A stretch of 62,375 nt of DNA, the filler included, from Aduncisulcus paluster (taxonomy: Eukaryota): NCBI GenBank assembly GCA_024181965.1. It is 5 parts of 5 records of this genome, joined end to end, with 100 filler letters (N's around TTAATTAATTAA, not from the genome) between each part and the next. Parts side by side here need not be neighbours in the genome. Positions count along the whole stretch, not along the records: positions 1 to 25,374 come from BQXS01009964.1; positions 25,475 to 32,612 come from BQXS01009965.1; positions 32,713 to 45,917 come from BQXS01009966.1; 2 more parts are not named here. One strand, 5' to 3'. The translations under genes were made by a program, and so were the position numbers. Shown in pieces: positions 22,915-35,528 of this stretch. The notes under the pieces were generated by a model. The model was not told the DNA's origin, made no database searches, and saw only the letters and a list, made by a program, of their open reading frames with translations. How positions within the stretch are numbered: the first letter of the stretch is position 1; every line of letters starts with the position of its first letter.

Positions 22915-24604
22915 ACAGCATACAGGTATCTTCCTTAACATAGTATGTTAATAATTCTTTTCTTAAACTGAATGAAAAGGGGGAAATGTCCCTTGCAACA
23001 GATTCAGTTCGTTATTGCTTCGTCTTGTTAATTATTCCGGTTATTATTATAAGTTAAGTTTATTTAGATGTTATGGGTTCATCTTCTGTAAACTGCCTGA
23101 GGGGATACCCTTTGCGGCTGGCTTGGTCCTCGCCGGACATTCTGGGAAGTTCCAATTCATCTATCAACTCTCATCGTCCTCCTTTCACTTTCACCATATG
23201 GTTCATGGGGTCCAGGAGGGAGGGAATTGGAAGATGGCTGGAGACTATTGCATTACATGCTGAGTTTCTGGTAGTACATTGTATTGTCTGTTTGTATCTG
23301 CGGTGGGAAGTCTTCACGTGTTCATGTGCCTGGAGCTGATTTGCGTCTCTGACCACATTGTTTTCTGGAATGTGTGCATGGGAGATCTTTCATTGCAGGA
23401 ACGGGGAGGATATACAATGTACTTCTACATATTAACAATGGAATTCCGTTCTGAGCTTGAAGGGCTGGGCTGTGGAGGTGTCATGATCGAAAAGTGAAGA
23501 CTTGGGTCTATTATAATTTCGGTTTTGCCTTCCTTGTTTGACCGACTAGGGAAGCATTTGTATGTGATATAAAGTCTAATCTATTAAATCTCATTCGGGT
23601 TGCTTCGTTCTGGAATCCTGTTCCGGATATACATCGGGAGGCCTATCGAGTGCCACATCACTGGATCAAAGCTTTCAGGTAAAGTACATTACTAATGAAA
23701 CATAGTATGTTTTGTACTGTATGCATAAGATTATCCTTAACTCGTACATTGATGTTCCTTTCTGTTCGTGTTCTCTGATATTGTAAAATTGACTTGAAAG
23801 TCTTGCTGAGTCCGATCTCTCGAACATAGTTGAAACTGTTATATTATAATATGTTTGTAATGGCTAGGTCCTTGTATGCTCTGTGCTTGCCTGTGAGCTC
23901 TTGATACGTAGGATTACTTCGGCTGGTCTTCGATCTTGAAGTGAAAAATGTAACCTTTTCACTTAAAACTTTCATGACCGGAATGATATCTTAGCTGGAG
24001 GTGAATTAGACTTACATTAGTTAAATCGATGTTTAAAATTCGGATTCATTGAGGCTTCTTCTGTGAGAGGGAAGATTCACTTTTCTGAGGCATGACTGAC
24101 TCGTTTGGTGAAAAGCTCTGTGGTTTTTCCGAGGAAGCAGAAGTCATATCCATATTAAGGAGTAATAGATACTTGTAGTTAGCACACATGTATTATGAAA
24201 GATAGGAACATATCAGTCATATGGTTTACCAGGGGAAATTTTCCAGGTTCTCATCATGGAGTCTGAGGTAGTGAACAGGAGGAACGCATATTAGTTTTAT
24301 GTAGACCTATATGCGTACTAATAATAATTAAAACATATCTTCAAGATTAACTTACAGACCTTGTGGTAGAGGTGGGTCGAAAGTCAAAATTTTCATTGAG
24401 ACTTTTTGATGGGGTATGAATGATAATAACGTGAGGGTATTGTGACGTAGTATTATAAATAAATAATAAACTTTTCAGAGTTCAGCAAGGCAGTGGTCAT
24501 TATCACTGTGAAAGTCAAAAAATTTAATAGTCTTTTTTTTCTTCGTGATAATTCTGTGAGAATATTGAATTAAGAGGCATCATTATATATTTACTCTCTA
24601 TTCC

Positions 24605-24880
24605 GCAAATTTGAGTGATCCAGAATCCACTAATGCCTGCAAGGTTTTTCCGTTATTAATAGTCACTCCATACGTTAGGAATTCCGTTACCAACCAAAGC
24701 CTTCAAGGAACCTTCTTCCTTAACTTGTCTTTTCTGAGGACAATTTGATGCATAATATCCCATTTGTCCGCATTTAAAACAACGAACTTCCAACAAAGGT
24801 TTCATCTTCTTCCTCTTCTCATCTTCTTCTCTCTTTATACCCTTTTTCCGTAATTCAGGGTGTAATTTCCAACACTTCAC
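24605..24880 (-). pseudogene. Gag zinc knuckle and aspartic protease start of an LTR retrotransposon
   Basis: KCWKLHPE, RCFKCGQMGYYASNCP, then LQALVDSGS in a shifted frame. Confidence 0.8.
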
Positions 24881-25374
24881 AACTTATGAGAAGCCGGAAC
24901 AAGCGGGAAGAAAGAGGCTCGAGCCGTAAGCTTTGGTATTTTTAGGTGTTCATCTCTCTGAGGAGAGTTGCATCGATGGCAATAATGGAATACATGAACC
25001 TGTATATATCGTTCACCATTCCATAGAGGTGTGACTGACTAGAAAGAGGACATTACAAAATGAATCAAGGGAACGTGGTACCGATGATTCATTAAATGAA
25101 CAGCAAAAGAGAATTTTAATTCTCGAAAAGTGGGCATACGAGGATAAACAGTTGAAGAGGCCACACCGAACAGGCAGCGCAGAGGTTGGTGGGCATGTAG
25201 GTTTGTTCACATTAATTCAAACGCTCACAAGAATCTACATGCCACCCAGAAGGAATAAGGTTAAAACGATCAGAAATGAAGAAGAACTGGGTACTAACAA
25301 AGAAGAAGAAGAAGAGTCAAAAGAAGAAGTACAAGCTTCTCAAGACGAGGAAGCATCAGCTGAGAGAATTACAG

Positions 25375-25474
25375 NNNNNNNNNNNNNNNNNNNNNNNNNN
25401 NNNNNNNNNNNNNNNNNNTTAATTAATTAANNNNNNNNNNNNNNNNNNNNNNNNNNNNNNNNNNNNNNNNNNNN
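25375..25474. other. Artificial contig linker
   Basis: N run containing TTAATTAATTAA (stops in all six frames). Confidence 0.95.
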
Positions 25475-25632
25475 CACAATAATACCATAAGTATTACCAT
25501 GGTAATAATTTTGGTAATACCATTAAATTTAAAGGTAATACCAAAAGTATTACCATGGTAATACCATTATATATTTAATGGTAAAGCCTCTTCCCATAAG
25601 ATTAATACCATATGGTAATACCATGGTAATAC
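25475..25632. repeat. Array of palindromic TACCATGGTA/GGTAATACC motifs, likely a transposon subterminal region
   Basis: Multiple taccatggta and ggtaatacc units visible directly. Confidence 0.65.
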
Positions 25633-25634
25633 TT

Positions 25635-25883
25635 TTATTCGGAACGATAGTGAATTGTGGAGGATTTCCCAAAAACCGCGGTGATTTCATCGAAACTATC
25701 TTTTTGTTTTGTAACGTCAGTAAACTCCACAATACACGAAATGATACTCCAACAAATTGGGTCAATGCATTTGTCGAATGATTTCTTTCCTCCTTTTTTC
25801 GTATACACAAGGTATTCCGTCTTAAACTTTTCCCACGTTTCTTCCGTGAATTTCTCCAGTATTGGAGGTTGTATGGTTGCCAT
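25635..25883 (-). pseudogene. Gag-like N-terminal fragment
   Basis: MATIQPPILEKFTEETWEKFKTEYLVYTKKGGKKSFDKCID, same family as 1-489. Confidence 0.55.
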
Positions 25884-25961
25884 TTAGATACCTAGTAATA
25901 TTACTATGATAAAATAAAAATATAAATAAATTCGTGAGCAAAATTTATTATTATTACTAAT

Positions 25962-26128
25962 AATTGTTGCTTTATTTCGAATAAAAATAACTATTTTAGG
26001 AAATGACCAAAAGTGGATCAAATTTGGTCGAAAATATCAGATCATTGTTTGATCCACTTTTGGTCTCGGATCAAAAAAGGATCAAATTTGGTCTGTGAAA
26101 TTGGTCCATGTTTGCTCTGGGACCATTT
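25962..26128. repeat. Dispersed GATCAAA-rich repeat, copy 2
   Basis: Homologous to 18062-18220. Confidence 0.75.
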
Positions 26129-26449
26129 TCAGACGAAAATTTCCCACCATGTATTACACCCGTCCTCCTATTTATTAATATTAAGAATAATATTATTATT
26201 TAATCATGATATTCAAAAGTTTTGAAACATTATTTATCAAGAATAATATGGTGTAAGGCAAACAGTAAAAAAAAAAACGAATCATTCCATGCCGAATAAG
26301 ATATTCGGAAACGATTAAACTTATTGAAACTATGAGAAAAAAATACCTCAAATAAAACATGAAAAACAACAAATAATAGCGAAACAACCAAATAAATTGG
26401 AGCGATTATGGAAAAATTAATATATCAAGATTTCTAATGTTTTTCAGAA

Positions 26450-29400
26450 TTATTCGGCTTTTCTCGCGAGATCACTTTCCTTGGCCTTCTTTCTCAGGAA
26501 ATCTTCACTTTCCTTTCCAGTCTCCTTCACTAAGAAAGCGAATTCGCCTTCCTTTTCCAAGAGTTCATGGGGAGATCCAATTTCAAGAACCCGACCGTCA
26601 CCAAGAACCATGATACGATCAAAATCGATAACAGTGTGAAGACGGTGAGCAACAGTAAGCAAAGTACAATGAGAGAATTCCTCTCTCAAGACCTTTTGGA
26701 TGGCAGTATCACTTTCGTTGTCGAGAGAAGCTGTGGCTTCATCAAGCAATAAAATCTTGGACCCAACGAGAAGAGCACGGGCGAGACAAACAAGCTGACG
26801 CTGACCTTGACTGAGATTTGACCCATTATCGGCAATCTTCATGTCTAATTGGTCTTTTTGCTCGGAAACATAGGTATCAAGAGAAACTTTGCGAAGAACT
26901 TCCCAGAGCTCCTCATCAGAAGGAACAGGCCTCGTCAGAACACGAGAACAGTAAAAAGCAGACTCAACGTCATCCAGACCATGCTTTCCAGTTCTGGCAA
27001 GAGAAATAGGGTCAAGATTATCACGAAGAGTTCCAGAGAACAAGAACCCTTCCTGTGGAATAACAGAGAGAATAGAACGAGCATCGTGAAGTGGCAATGT
27101 ACTCAAATCAACTCCATCAACAAGGATTTGACCTGCCTCAGGCTCAACGATACGAAGAAGAGCAGTTATGAGTGAACTCTTTCCACTTCCTGTCTTTCCA
27201 CAAACACCAAGCTTCTCACCAGGTCTCAGAGTAAATGAGATACCATTCAAAACAAGAGGGAGTTTAGGTCTGTATCTCATATAAACATCCTTGACACAGA
27301 TTTCTCCCTTGCTGGGCCAAGCATCTGGAGCAGGAACACAGTGGGTGTAGCGTCTAATGTAAGTGTCATCCTCGCCCTCTTCCTCAGACTCTCCACGGAC
27401 AGCATAATCCTCCTTCTGAGCGTCAGATACATCAATGGCGCTGGGAGTCACGGGGGTGGCAAGAACGGAGCTACTCTTCATAGCTCTAATTTTAAGCTTT
27501 TCACTTTCAATATCTACAAACTGGCTTTCCATTTCAACATTGGTTGAGTATTCAGTAATTCTCTCAATACAACTTGAATCAGCCTGCAACTGAGCGAGCA
27601 TTTGGACGAGGTAAACGACAAGGTATATGAAGGAAACACTATAAGCGACAGCCATTCCAGCGTACTCAATACCCCAACCATGGGATACCAAAAGAATAAG
27701 GAAAGCGATCACAGAGAATTGGAGTAGAGCTCCACACAAAGACAGTCTGAAAGAGATCCAATTAAAGGAAACGATGAAAGGATAAGCAGCTTTCATGTGG
27801 GTTTTCAATATTGAATCATTTTCCTCACGGATACGATCCACAGCATTGAAAGCACGAACGCTGACAATTCCAGCCATTGTTTCATTGCATTTTGACACAA
27901 TGGGACTCCTTGTCTTCACTTCATTACGCTTGAGCTCACGAACACCAGAGGAGTACAGGCCCAACAGAACAAAGAAGATGATAGCAATGAGAATAAAGAC
28001 AAGCAACACAGGTGGGACGGCAATCCCTTGCATGATAATCATGGAGGCAAGCATCAAACCGATTCCAAGAAGACTCATTAGTGTGGAAGGAATCTGAGAG
28101 TCTAAAGTTGCAGTATCCTTGGAGAAACGGTTAACAATACGACCAATTGGAGTTGTCTCAAAGAAACGCATGGGGGCTTTCAGGATCCTTGTTAGCATTT
28201 TGATCATCATAGTCTGTGAAGCCTTAACACAAGCAAGCATAAGAATGATTGTGGCGATGAATGAGAAAAGAAGGGCAACAATAGCCAACAGACAATAAAC
28301 TGTAAGACCATTCCATTCTCTTCCAAAGATGTAAGTATCGCCAAGAGACCAATCAGCGATCCATGAATCCAAGAGACGCCCAAACGTTTGTTGAAGAGCA
28401 AGGAATACGGCGGCAACAATGACATTTCCAATTCCGGCACTGGCAATGAAAGCACCATAATTGGAGGCCTTAACAGCACCATGGGCATGCTCTTCCCGAG
28501 AAATGAGTTTATCGACGGCAGAATCCTTTTTAGCAAGGGAAGCATGATAATCCTTCATTGTCAATATCTTCTTCCGAGAAACCTTTTCAGATTCAGAATC
28601 CACGGTCTCTTCTGACTCTTCATCTTGCTCAAAGACACCCTCGAGTTCAATTCCTTGGCTAACAATCTCGGAATAGGAACCATCTGCGTGAACTTTCCCG
28701 TCTTTCAGAGCAATGACACGATCTGAACGAGGCAGATACTGAACTTGGTGAGTCACAAGAAGGATGGTACGACCCTTGAGAATCCCACAAAACACATCGT
28801 CAACAAGTCTCTTAGCAACATGGGCATCCACGGCACTCAGGGGATCATCAAGAAGAAGTATATCCGAATCACTATACACGGCACGGGCAAGAGAAACACG
28901 GGCCTTTTGTCCACCACTTAGTGTGAATCCCTTCTCTCCGATTTCAGTGAGATCACCATTCTTAAGCTGAATGAGATCAGGGACAAGACAACAGGCCTCA
29001 ACAATACGTTCGTATTTCTCCTTCTCATATGGCATTCCGAAGAGAATATTATCCCTGACAGAGGCGTTGAGGATGAAAGGTGTCTGTGAACTGTAAGAAA
29101 CAGATCCGTTTATAGTTACCGCACTCCAGGGTTCCTCGGCAACAGGTTGAACGGGTCTAGAAGAATGAATATGAGAGGCATCAACATCTCTTGGTTCAAC
29201 CACACGGCTGACAGGACGGCCAGAGGGAATCGGGATGGCAGGAGACTGGCTTCTTCTGTTTCCTCAACTCGGTCTTGGGAATGACGGGGAATGGCTCCGG
29301 CAGGAACAACATTAAGCTCCCCGAGAAGACTCATCAGGAAACTTGTCTTTCCACACCCAACTTTTCCCACAATGGTAGAAAAAGTCCCGTGTTTAATAGA

Positions 29401-31140
29401 AATATTGATATCCTTGAGCACAGGGTTGAATTCCTCTGGCTTCTCAGCTTTTCCCATGATGGTCTGAATGTACTCGACAGAAGGTGTTTGAGTGCCAGGG
29501 GAGGCTGAGGAGGAGGCTGAGGAGGAGGCTACAGCAGGGGAGATGGAACCAGAACGCACAGATTTACCACCACTTCCACCACGAGCCATGAATAGAGATT
29601 TGGAGGGTTTCTTCAAGGAAGCATCTTCAAGCTTTCTCTTGAGGAAATCCTTGAAAGAAGGGAGTTCAATCCCAGAATCCTTGTTATATGTAGCCTTCAT
29701 AAGTCCATATTCCACCTTGGCCCGAGCAGCAATGGCTTTGATCTCAGGTCCCTTCATTTCACGGGAAAAGAGCACAAGTTTAAGGTCTCTATCGATTCCA
29801 GACTTCCATTCAAATGACACAGGTCTAGACATCTTCAGGACAACGTCTCCCTGAGCGGGCTTCTTCTTGGGATCATAGGTACTCTTAAAAGCATGTTCAT
29901 CCTTCTCTGGGAGTGATAAGAATCCCCCAATACGATCACTGGACACTTTCATCTCGGCGAACATGACAAACATCATTGGAAGCATCTGGAATGGGCCACG
30001 TAAAAGGCCGAATAGAGTGATGGATTGGTAGACGACAACAGGGTTCAATTCATTACCCATAAGAGTGTAGGAAAGGAAAGTGAACAACAAAATGATGATA
30101 TCAAGGGAGGAGAAGAAGGCCATGATGACGGAACGAGAGATAGAGATGGCACGAACGTGTTTCATCTCTTCTTTACGTTTTTCACTGATTCTCTTCCACA
30201 TGGCACCTTCGTATGCGTACATTTTAATTGTCTTTATACCATTTAACACCTCAGTTGTCTGTCTAACACGTTCATCAGCCTCCTTCATCTTTCCCTTGAA
30301 GTTTGAAACCATAAACTTAATAAAGATGATGAGAACGGGCATAAGAACGAGAGCAGAACCAACACCAATCAGAGAAGAGACACCAATGTAATCCAAGAGC
30401 AGAATAATGGCAACAACAAGAGTGAGGAAAGAACCAATGAGATCAGGGAAGAATCCATACATTCTCTCCATTCTAGATGTATCATTTAGCATCAAATTGA
30501 TGACATTTCCACTAGATGCCTGAGATCGAGCTGCTTCACGGAGTCTAAGAACTTTGTTAAATAGAGTGCGGATGGTTCCAATACGACCCCTATGACCAGC
30601 ACCATATGATAAATAGGCAGAAACTGCCTTGAAATAATTACCCAAAAGAGCACCAACCATCAAAATACCAGCATAAATGAATCCTTCATAAAATGGAAGA
30701 GTGGGGGATGGGAGGGCTCTATCATAAATACATGTAAGAATCTTTTTGAGGAAAATAGAGGGAAGAAATTGGGTTCCAACATAAATAAAACTGAAAGGAA
30801 TGGCCAGAGCATAACGGAGTTTGTTCATAGCAAAGAAAGTACGAGGAACGGACCCGAAGCGTTTTTTTTCTGTCTTAGTTTTCTCAAAATTTTCGACAAA
30901 TTCCTTGTTAAGGATCTTGGGATCCCATTCTGATTTGATATCAGGCATATTTTCAACCTCCATAGATCCATTCTTCTTTGCATAGTGAAATAAAGGAGAT
31001 AGCCACGAAAATGTTCCATTAACAAACATATTATGTTTAATTTCAACATTTTCAAGGACTTCTACAGTCTCAGAATCACCCTTATCCTCCATATCAGGAG
31101 AACTAGGTGATCTGGCAACTGATAATTCTTGTTCAACCAT
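26450..31140 (-). CDS. ABCC/MRP-family full ABC transporter (TMD-NBD-TMD-NBD), split by one frameshift near 29250
   Basis: Walker A GKVGCGKT and GKTGSGKS, signatures LSGGQKARVSLAR and LSQGQRQL, Walker B LLLDD and LLLDEAT. The two ORFs 29116-31140 and 26450-29203 overlap. Confidence 0.93.
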
Positions 31141-31487
31141 AAAAATTCAATATAAAGGTTGGAAGCAAAAGAATATCAATCGAATGACAACAAAAATGTG
31201 GATTACAACTCAAATCAACGAATCAAGATCAATGATATCTACCGACTCACTCGAAATCAACAAATATTTTACAAAATAGAAAAGAATTAATGAAATTTAT
31301 TCCCATAAAACTCATGTTCACATATAGAAGAGATGCAATTCATAATTTCACCTGCAGAATGCAGATCAATGTTTGAGCATGCCCTATTGACAAAATTTTA
31401 AAATCAAGGGAATATTCTCATTATTATAACATATATATGCAAGATAAACCCCACAAAAAAGTTGAATATGAATCACAATCATGATAC

Positions 31488-32612
31488 CTATTTCGTTTCT
31501 TCCTCTCTCAATATTTTTGCAAATTTAGATGCCTCTTCGCCTGTTTTGAAATTGAAAGCGAATGTGATCATTTCTTGTTTCTTCAATTTCATATTGAGTG
31601 TGTCAATTTCCTTTTGAATCTCTGATTTCTTTTCTTCTGATTTCTCACTTTCCAATTTACCCTTTTGGTATCCAATTTCTGCATTAATTCCATGAGTACG
31701 GACTTCTTCATCGATAGCATTCAAAAGAATGACAATGACCCTCTTTGTGTTGCTAACAGACGCCTTGAGTCCCTTGTATACGGTAGCACAGATCACAATC
31801 TTTCCGGTCATCTCATTCCGACTCGTCACACATGCACGTTGGCCAGTCTCAGCGTTGTGACCGACAACACTCGTCACACACACGCCACGTTCAACCCACT
31901 CCTTCTCTCCATCCATGACACGCAGGGAGAATATCTTGGTCCTTGTGGAGAACAGGGAAGCGGAGGATGCAAGATCGGCAGTCTTCAGAGACGATTCCTT
32001 TGGTTGTGCGGTAGGCTGCTTGAGGGATTTCTTGGACAGGGGTTGGGTATGGGCGAAGGGAGAGGAACCTCCAAAGAGTGAAGATGATGTGAGGGTTTCT
32101 TCACTCTGCTTGGTATCTGATTTGGCACTCTCAGAGGAGCTCTTGAAGGAGAAACCAGTGTTTCCGAAGGCTTTCTTCCTCTCAGAATCGTCACCGGCAG
32201 CAAGAGAGCTGAACAATGACATACTGTTGGTGCCTTCTTTTATGTTACTGAACATACTGCCTCCAAAGGGCATGGATGGGTCGGAGGGTGCAGAAGAAGA
32301 GGCAGAAGATTCGAAGAGAGAACCGAATAAACTCTTCCCAGGTTGGGAAGAAGAAGTGGACTCACCTTTCACAGTGTCTTGAGAACCAAACAGACTGGAC
32401 TTTTTATCAGACTTCACAGCAACTTCTTCTTCTCTCTTCTCATCCGGTTGTTGATGAGGCTGCTCTTCTTCGACCTTTTCCAGGTCATGAAATGAACCGA
32501 ATAAACTCTTCCCAGACTCTTCAGGCTCCTTAGTCTCAGTCGATCCAAAGAGAGCGTTGGTAGATCCTGAAGATGGGCCAAAAAGGGCTGCTGTAGCATC
32601 ATCTTTATCAGA
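31488..32612 (-). CDS. FG-repeat/Ran-binding domain nucleoporin-like protein (Nup2/Nup50-like), 5' partial
   Basis: SLFG repeats, then RanBD-like LFSTRTKIF...EWVERG...RNEMTGK...FAFNFKTGEEASKF. The frame is open to the gap at 32612. Confidence 0.8.
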   Translation of the reverse strand, partial: SDKDDATAALFGPSSGSTNALFGSTETKEPEESGKSLFGSFHDLEKVEEEQPHQQPDEKREEEVAVKSDKKSSLFGSQDTVKGESTSSSQPGKSLFGSLFESSASSSAPSDPSMPFGGSMFSNIKEGTNSMSLFSSLAAGDDSERKKAFGNTGFSFKSSSESAKSDTKQSEETLTSSSLFGGSSPFAHTQPLSKKSLKQPTAQPKESSLKTADLASSASLFSTRTKIFSLRVMDGEKEWVERGVCVTSVVGHNAETGQRACVTSRNEMTGKIVICATVYKGLKASVSNTKRVIVILLNAIDEEVRTHGINAEIGYQKGKLESEKSEEKKSEIQKEIDTLNMKLKKQEMITFAFNFKTGEEASKFAKILREEETK

Positions 32613-32712
32613 NNNNNNNNNNNNNNNNNNNNNNNNNNNNNNNNNNNNNNNNNNNNTTAATTAATTAANNNNNNNNNNNNNNNNNNNNNNNNNNNNNNNN
32701 NNNNNNNNNNNN
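32613..32712. other. Artificial contig linker
   Basis: N run with TTAATTAATTAA. Confidence 0.95.
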
Positions 32713-32991
32713 AAGCACCAACCCTATCTTTTGATACCCTTCGCCTTGACAACAATTGGAGCCATTGGAGAGAAAGCTTGGGAGTTTATTGAGCACGTAC
32801 GGAGGAATGGAACCGATTTCATGGTACCTGGCCGAACCAGAGAAGAGAGATCACGTAGATGGGCATCTACCCTTCTATGTGGGCTTGGAAGAGGCCTGTG
32901 CATAAGAGAAGCGACTTGTGTATCGTCTTACAGCTGGAATTTAATCCAAAAGAAAGAACCAAAGAGCAAGGGTAGTCACCTAAGCTTTTAG
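32713..32991 (+). pseudogene. Extreme C-terminus of an RLE (CRE-like) non-LTR retrotransposon ORF
   Basis: IPFALTTIGAIGEKAWEFI resembles the PF..E..G..G..A..F motif that follows the RLE domain. Confidence 0.55.
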
Positions 32992-33374
32992 TTCTTTCAG
33001 CCAAAAAACACCCAAAAATCTCGCAAATTAAACCCAATTTTACTGAAACAATTTATCGTAAAATCCTAGTGTTTAAAAATTTAGCGAGAACCTGTTACGT
33101 CCTATAAATAAACCTGTTTTGAACTATTTTTTGAAGTAATCTTGCCATATTGATAACAAAAACAATAAAAATTACTTCTGATAATGGTGTTTAATAATAA
33201 ATCATCATGATGATTTCTTTGGGCTCACTAACTACGGCCTCTGAAACATTTGAGAAGGAAGAACTCGACCAGATGATTCTTTCACCCCTATTGAATGATT
33301 CAAACCGGAATGATAGATCATATTCTGATCACATACAAAATCATCTTTTGAAATAATTTAATTTTATTCATTTC

Positions 33375-35528
33375 TTGAAGACATACATAATGATTGACGA
33401 TCATCGAATTCCTGGAATTTCCATCGCCACAAAAATAGAGCCTTCACGAACTGTACAACCAGGTTCAACGGTAAAAGTAACATTTGAACTCAGTTTTTTC
33501 AAATCATATGTCATTAAAACTTTAATTGCACGCTTTCTCGGAGTTGAGAGAGTGAACATAAAGGGGAGGGCTATTAAGAACCTCGAAGGTGAGACTCTCG
33601 TCAAACTTCCAGGAGAAATCCCAAAAATGACTGCTGATCATGAAGATTATGAAGACATTTCCCCTCAGATAAGCTGTAGAGTGAAAGAGAGAGCATTGGT
33701 GCATGTTCGTCAAGATATATTACCATCTTTAATTTCTAGAAGACAAAGGGAGGAAAAAATATCAACTAAACTTGTTTGTGAGGCTGGTACGAAGAAGACT
33801 TTCTCGGTAGCTTTCTTGGTACCCTTCAAGCTCCCTCCGACAGCAAATTATGGTAATATTGCCACTATTAAGTATAATCTTGATCTTTTAATTGAAGCAA
33901 CTCCTATTATGGGCGAGATTGATGAAGGTTTTCTCTCCGAATCCAGTTATTCTCCTCCCAAAGAAATACCTTTTAACCCTCTTTCTCTTCTTCCAGTTAA
34001 ATCGACTTATTCTTCCCATTACCGTATTCCCATCAACGTATTTGCGTGTCCTTTCCTTACGGGTTCATTTCCTCGTATTGCTGAAAGCGGTATCTCCGTT
34101 GTTAAAGAGTTTGGTTCTCTCAAAAAGGGTGAAATTGAATTAACTACCGGTATTCCTTATCGCATATTCCAACCATCTTCCCGTGTACCAATCCATTTTC
34201 ATATTTCTAATACTTCTGCGTTCAAGCTCAAAAAACTCACCGTTAAACTAAAACAAAAGACTTCAATGTGGATATCTCCCGTTCACAAATGGCAAGAAAT
34301 ATCCAATATCTCCAAGATCACGGATAAATCCTTGAATGGACTATCTGAAGCCTCCGATACTCTCTTCCTCGATGTTCCACCTTTGTCGAGGATGTACGAA
34401 GAAACTATCATTACTCCTGAGTCCAAAAGGGTGTTTTCAGACTACAATAGACAAATGATGGCCAGGAAACAGTGGAAACGTGCCATTTGTGACTTTGTTG
34501 ACCATGTTAAGAGAGTTGTTGCTGCTCATTGGTCAAAAGGAATCATGTCAGCGTCTTCCAAGGGTTCACTGAGAGCTCCTCCCATGGGTATTTCGAGTTC
34601 TAATCCATATGGTGGTGATTCTCTTCATGTTAAGATGCTTCGTGGATCCAGCTCTCCCCCTGTTGCGGAACGTGAAATCACGTGTCATACTCAATTAGAC
34701 TATGAAACAATCCTTCAATCAGATCCATCGCCACCATCATTGGCATCTCCACAATGGGCACCCCGAGATAGTATATCTGATTTGGATTCTCTCTCATTGT
34801 CTGATCGGGATAAAGATGACTGTGTTGGGTGTAAATTGAAGATTCTTGGCCATGTAGATTCCACCATGGTCTCCTCTTCGCATCAACAGACATCTTCAGA
34901 ACACTCACCGTCCCATCCTTCCTCTCCCATGTATCCTCTTGAAGGGTTCGACTCCTCGATACTCGATGAGAAATCATTGTTAGCTGTGAGTCCCTTTGAA
35001 CACAATGGAAGAGATCTTGTCCCCCAGGTGGAGATCGATAGAAAGATACTCCTCGGTAAGCTTTCACTCGTTAAATACCTCTCTGATGATCAGATCCTTT
35101 CCATTCTCAGGAAAGCCAAGGATAGTGGACACGATGTCTCAATGGACGCTCTACTCGGGTGGGAACAATATCTGCACAAGTTCTTACTTGGAGAAGACCC
35201 AACAGATCCTTTGGCTCCTCGCCTTGTTCCTGAGAAAGGAAAGAAAAAGGGAGCTAATGGAGGGAAGAAAGGTAAGATATCGGATGGTTATGAGGGGTTG
35301 AGTGTTTCTCTTCCATCTCTGGATGTTGTTGGAGAGTGGCACGGAAGCCCTTCGCTTGATTTTGATCCCAAGAGTCAAATTGTATCTGTATCCAAGAAGG
35401 GATGCTTTAGCAAGGGTGCAGTGAGTTCTTGGTATCTTGTAGATCACGAGATTCGGGTTTATCTGACTCTTAGAGGAGGGTTTCAGAAGTGCATGCAGGT
35501 CGGAATGCCTGTTTTGATCTCAATATGA
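33375..35528 (+). CDS. Arrestin-domain (alpha-arrestin-like) protein
   Basis: FLGVERVNI, FSVAFLVPFKLPPT...IKYNL, VPIHFHISNTS...VKLKQ match arrestin N- and C-domain patterns. The likely ATG is at 33390. Confidence 0.7.
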   Translation: MKTYIMIDDHRIPGISIATKIEPSRTVQPGSTVKVTFELSFFKSYVIKTLIARFLGVERVNIKGRAIKNLEGETLVKLPGEIPKMTADHEDYEDISPQISCRVKERALVHVRQDILPSLISRRQREEKISTKLVCEAGTKKTFSVAFLVPFKLPPTANYGNIATIKYNLDLLIEATPIMGEIDEGFLSESSYSPPKEIPFNPLSLLPVKSTYSSHYRIPINVFACPFLTGSFPRIAESGISVVKEFGSLKKGEIELTTGIPYRIFQPSSRVPIHFHISNTSAFKLKKLTVKLKQKTSMWISPVHKWQEISNISKITDKSLNGLSEASDTLFLDVPPLSRMYEETIITPESKRVFSDYNRQMMARKQWKRAICDFVDHVKRVVAAHWSKGIMSASSKGSLRAPPMGISSSNPYGGDSLHVKMLRGSSSPPVAEREITCHTQLDYETILQSDPSPPSLASPQWAPRDSISDLDSLSLSDRDKDDCVGCKLKILGHVDSTMVSSSHQQTSSEHSPSHPSSPMYPLEGFDSSILDEKSLLAVSPFEHNGRDLVPQVEIDRKILLGKLSLVKYLSDDQILSILRKAKDSGHDVSMDALLGWEQYLHKFLLGEDPTDPLAPRLVPEKGKKKGANGGKKGKISDGYEGLSVSLPSLDVVGEWHGSPSLDFDPKSQIVSVSKKGCFSKGAVSSWYLVDHEIRVYLTLRGGFQKCMQVGMPVLISI

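Noticed and set aside
25475-25632. CRISPR-like array
   Set aside because: Short irregular palindromic units with no constant repeat or unique spacers, in a eukaryotic context.
26567-30391. Numerous plus-strand ORFs opposite the ABC transporter
   Set aside because: Antisense shadows of a real gene; the same applies to short ORFs overlapping other host genes.
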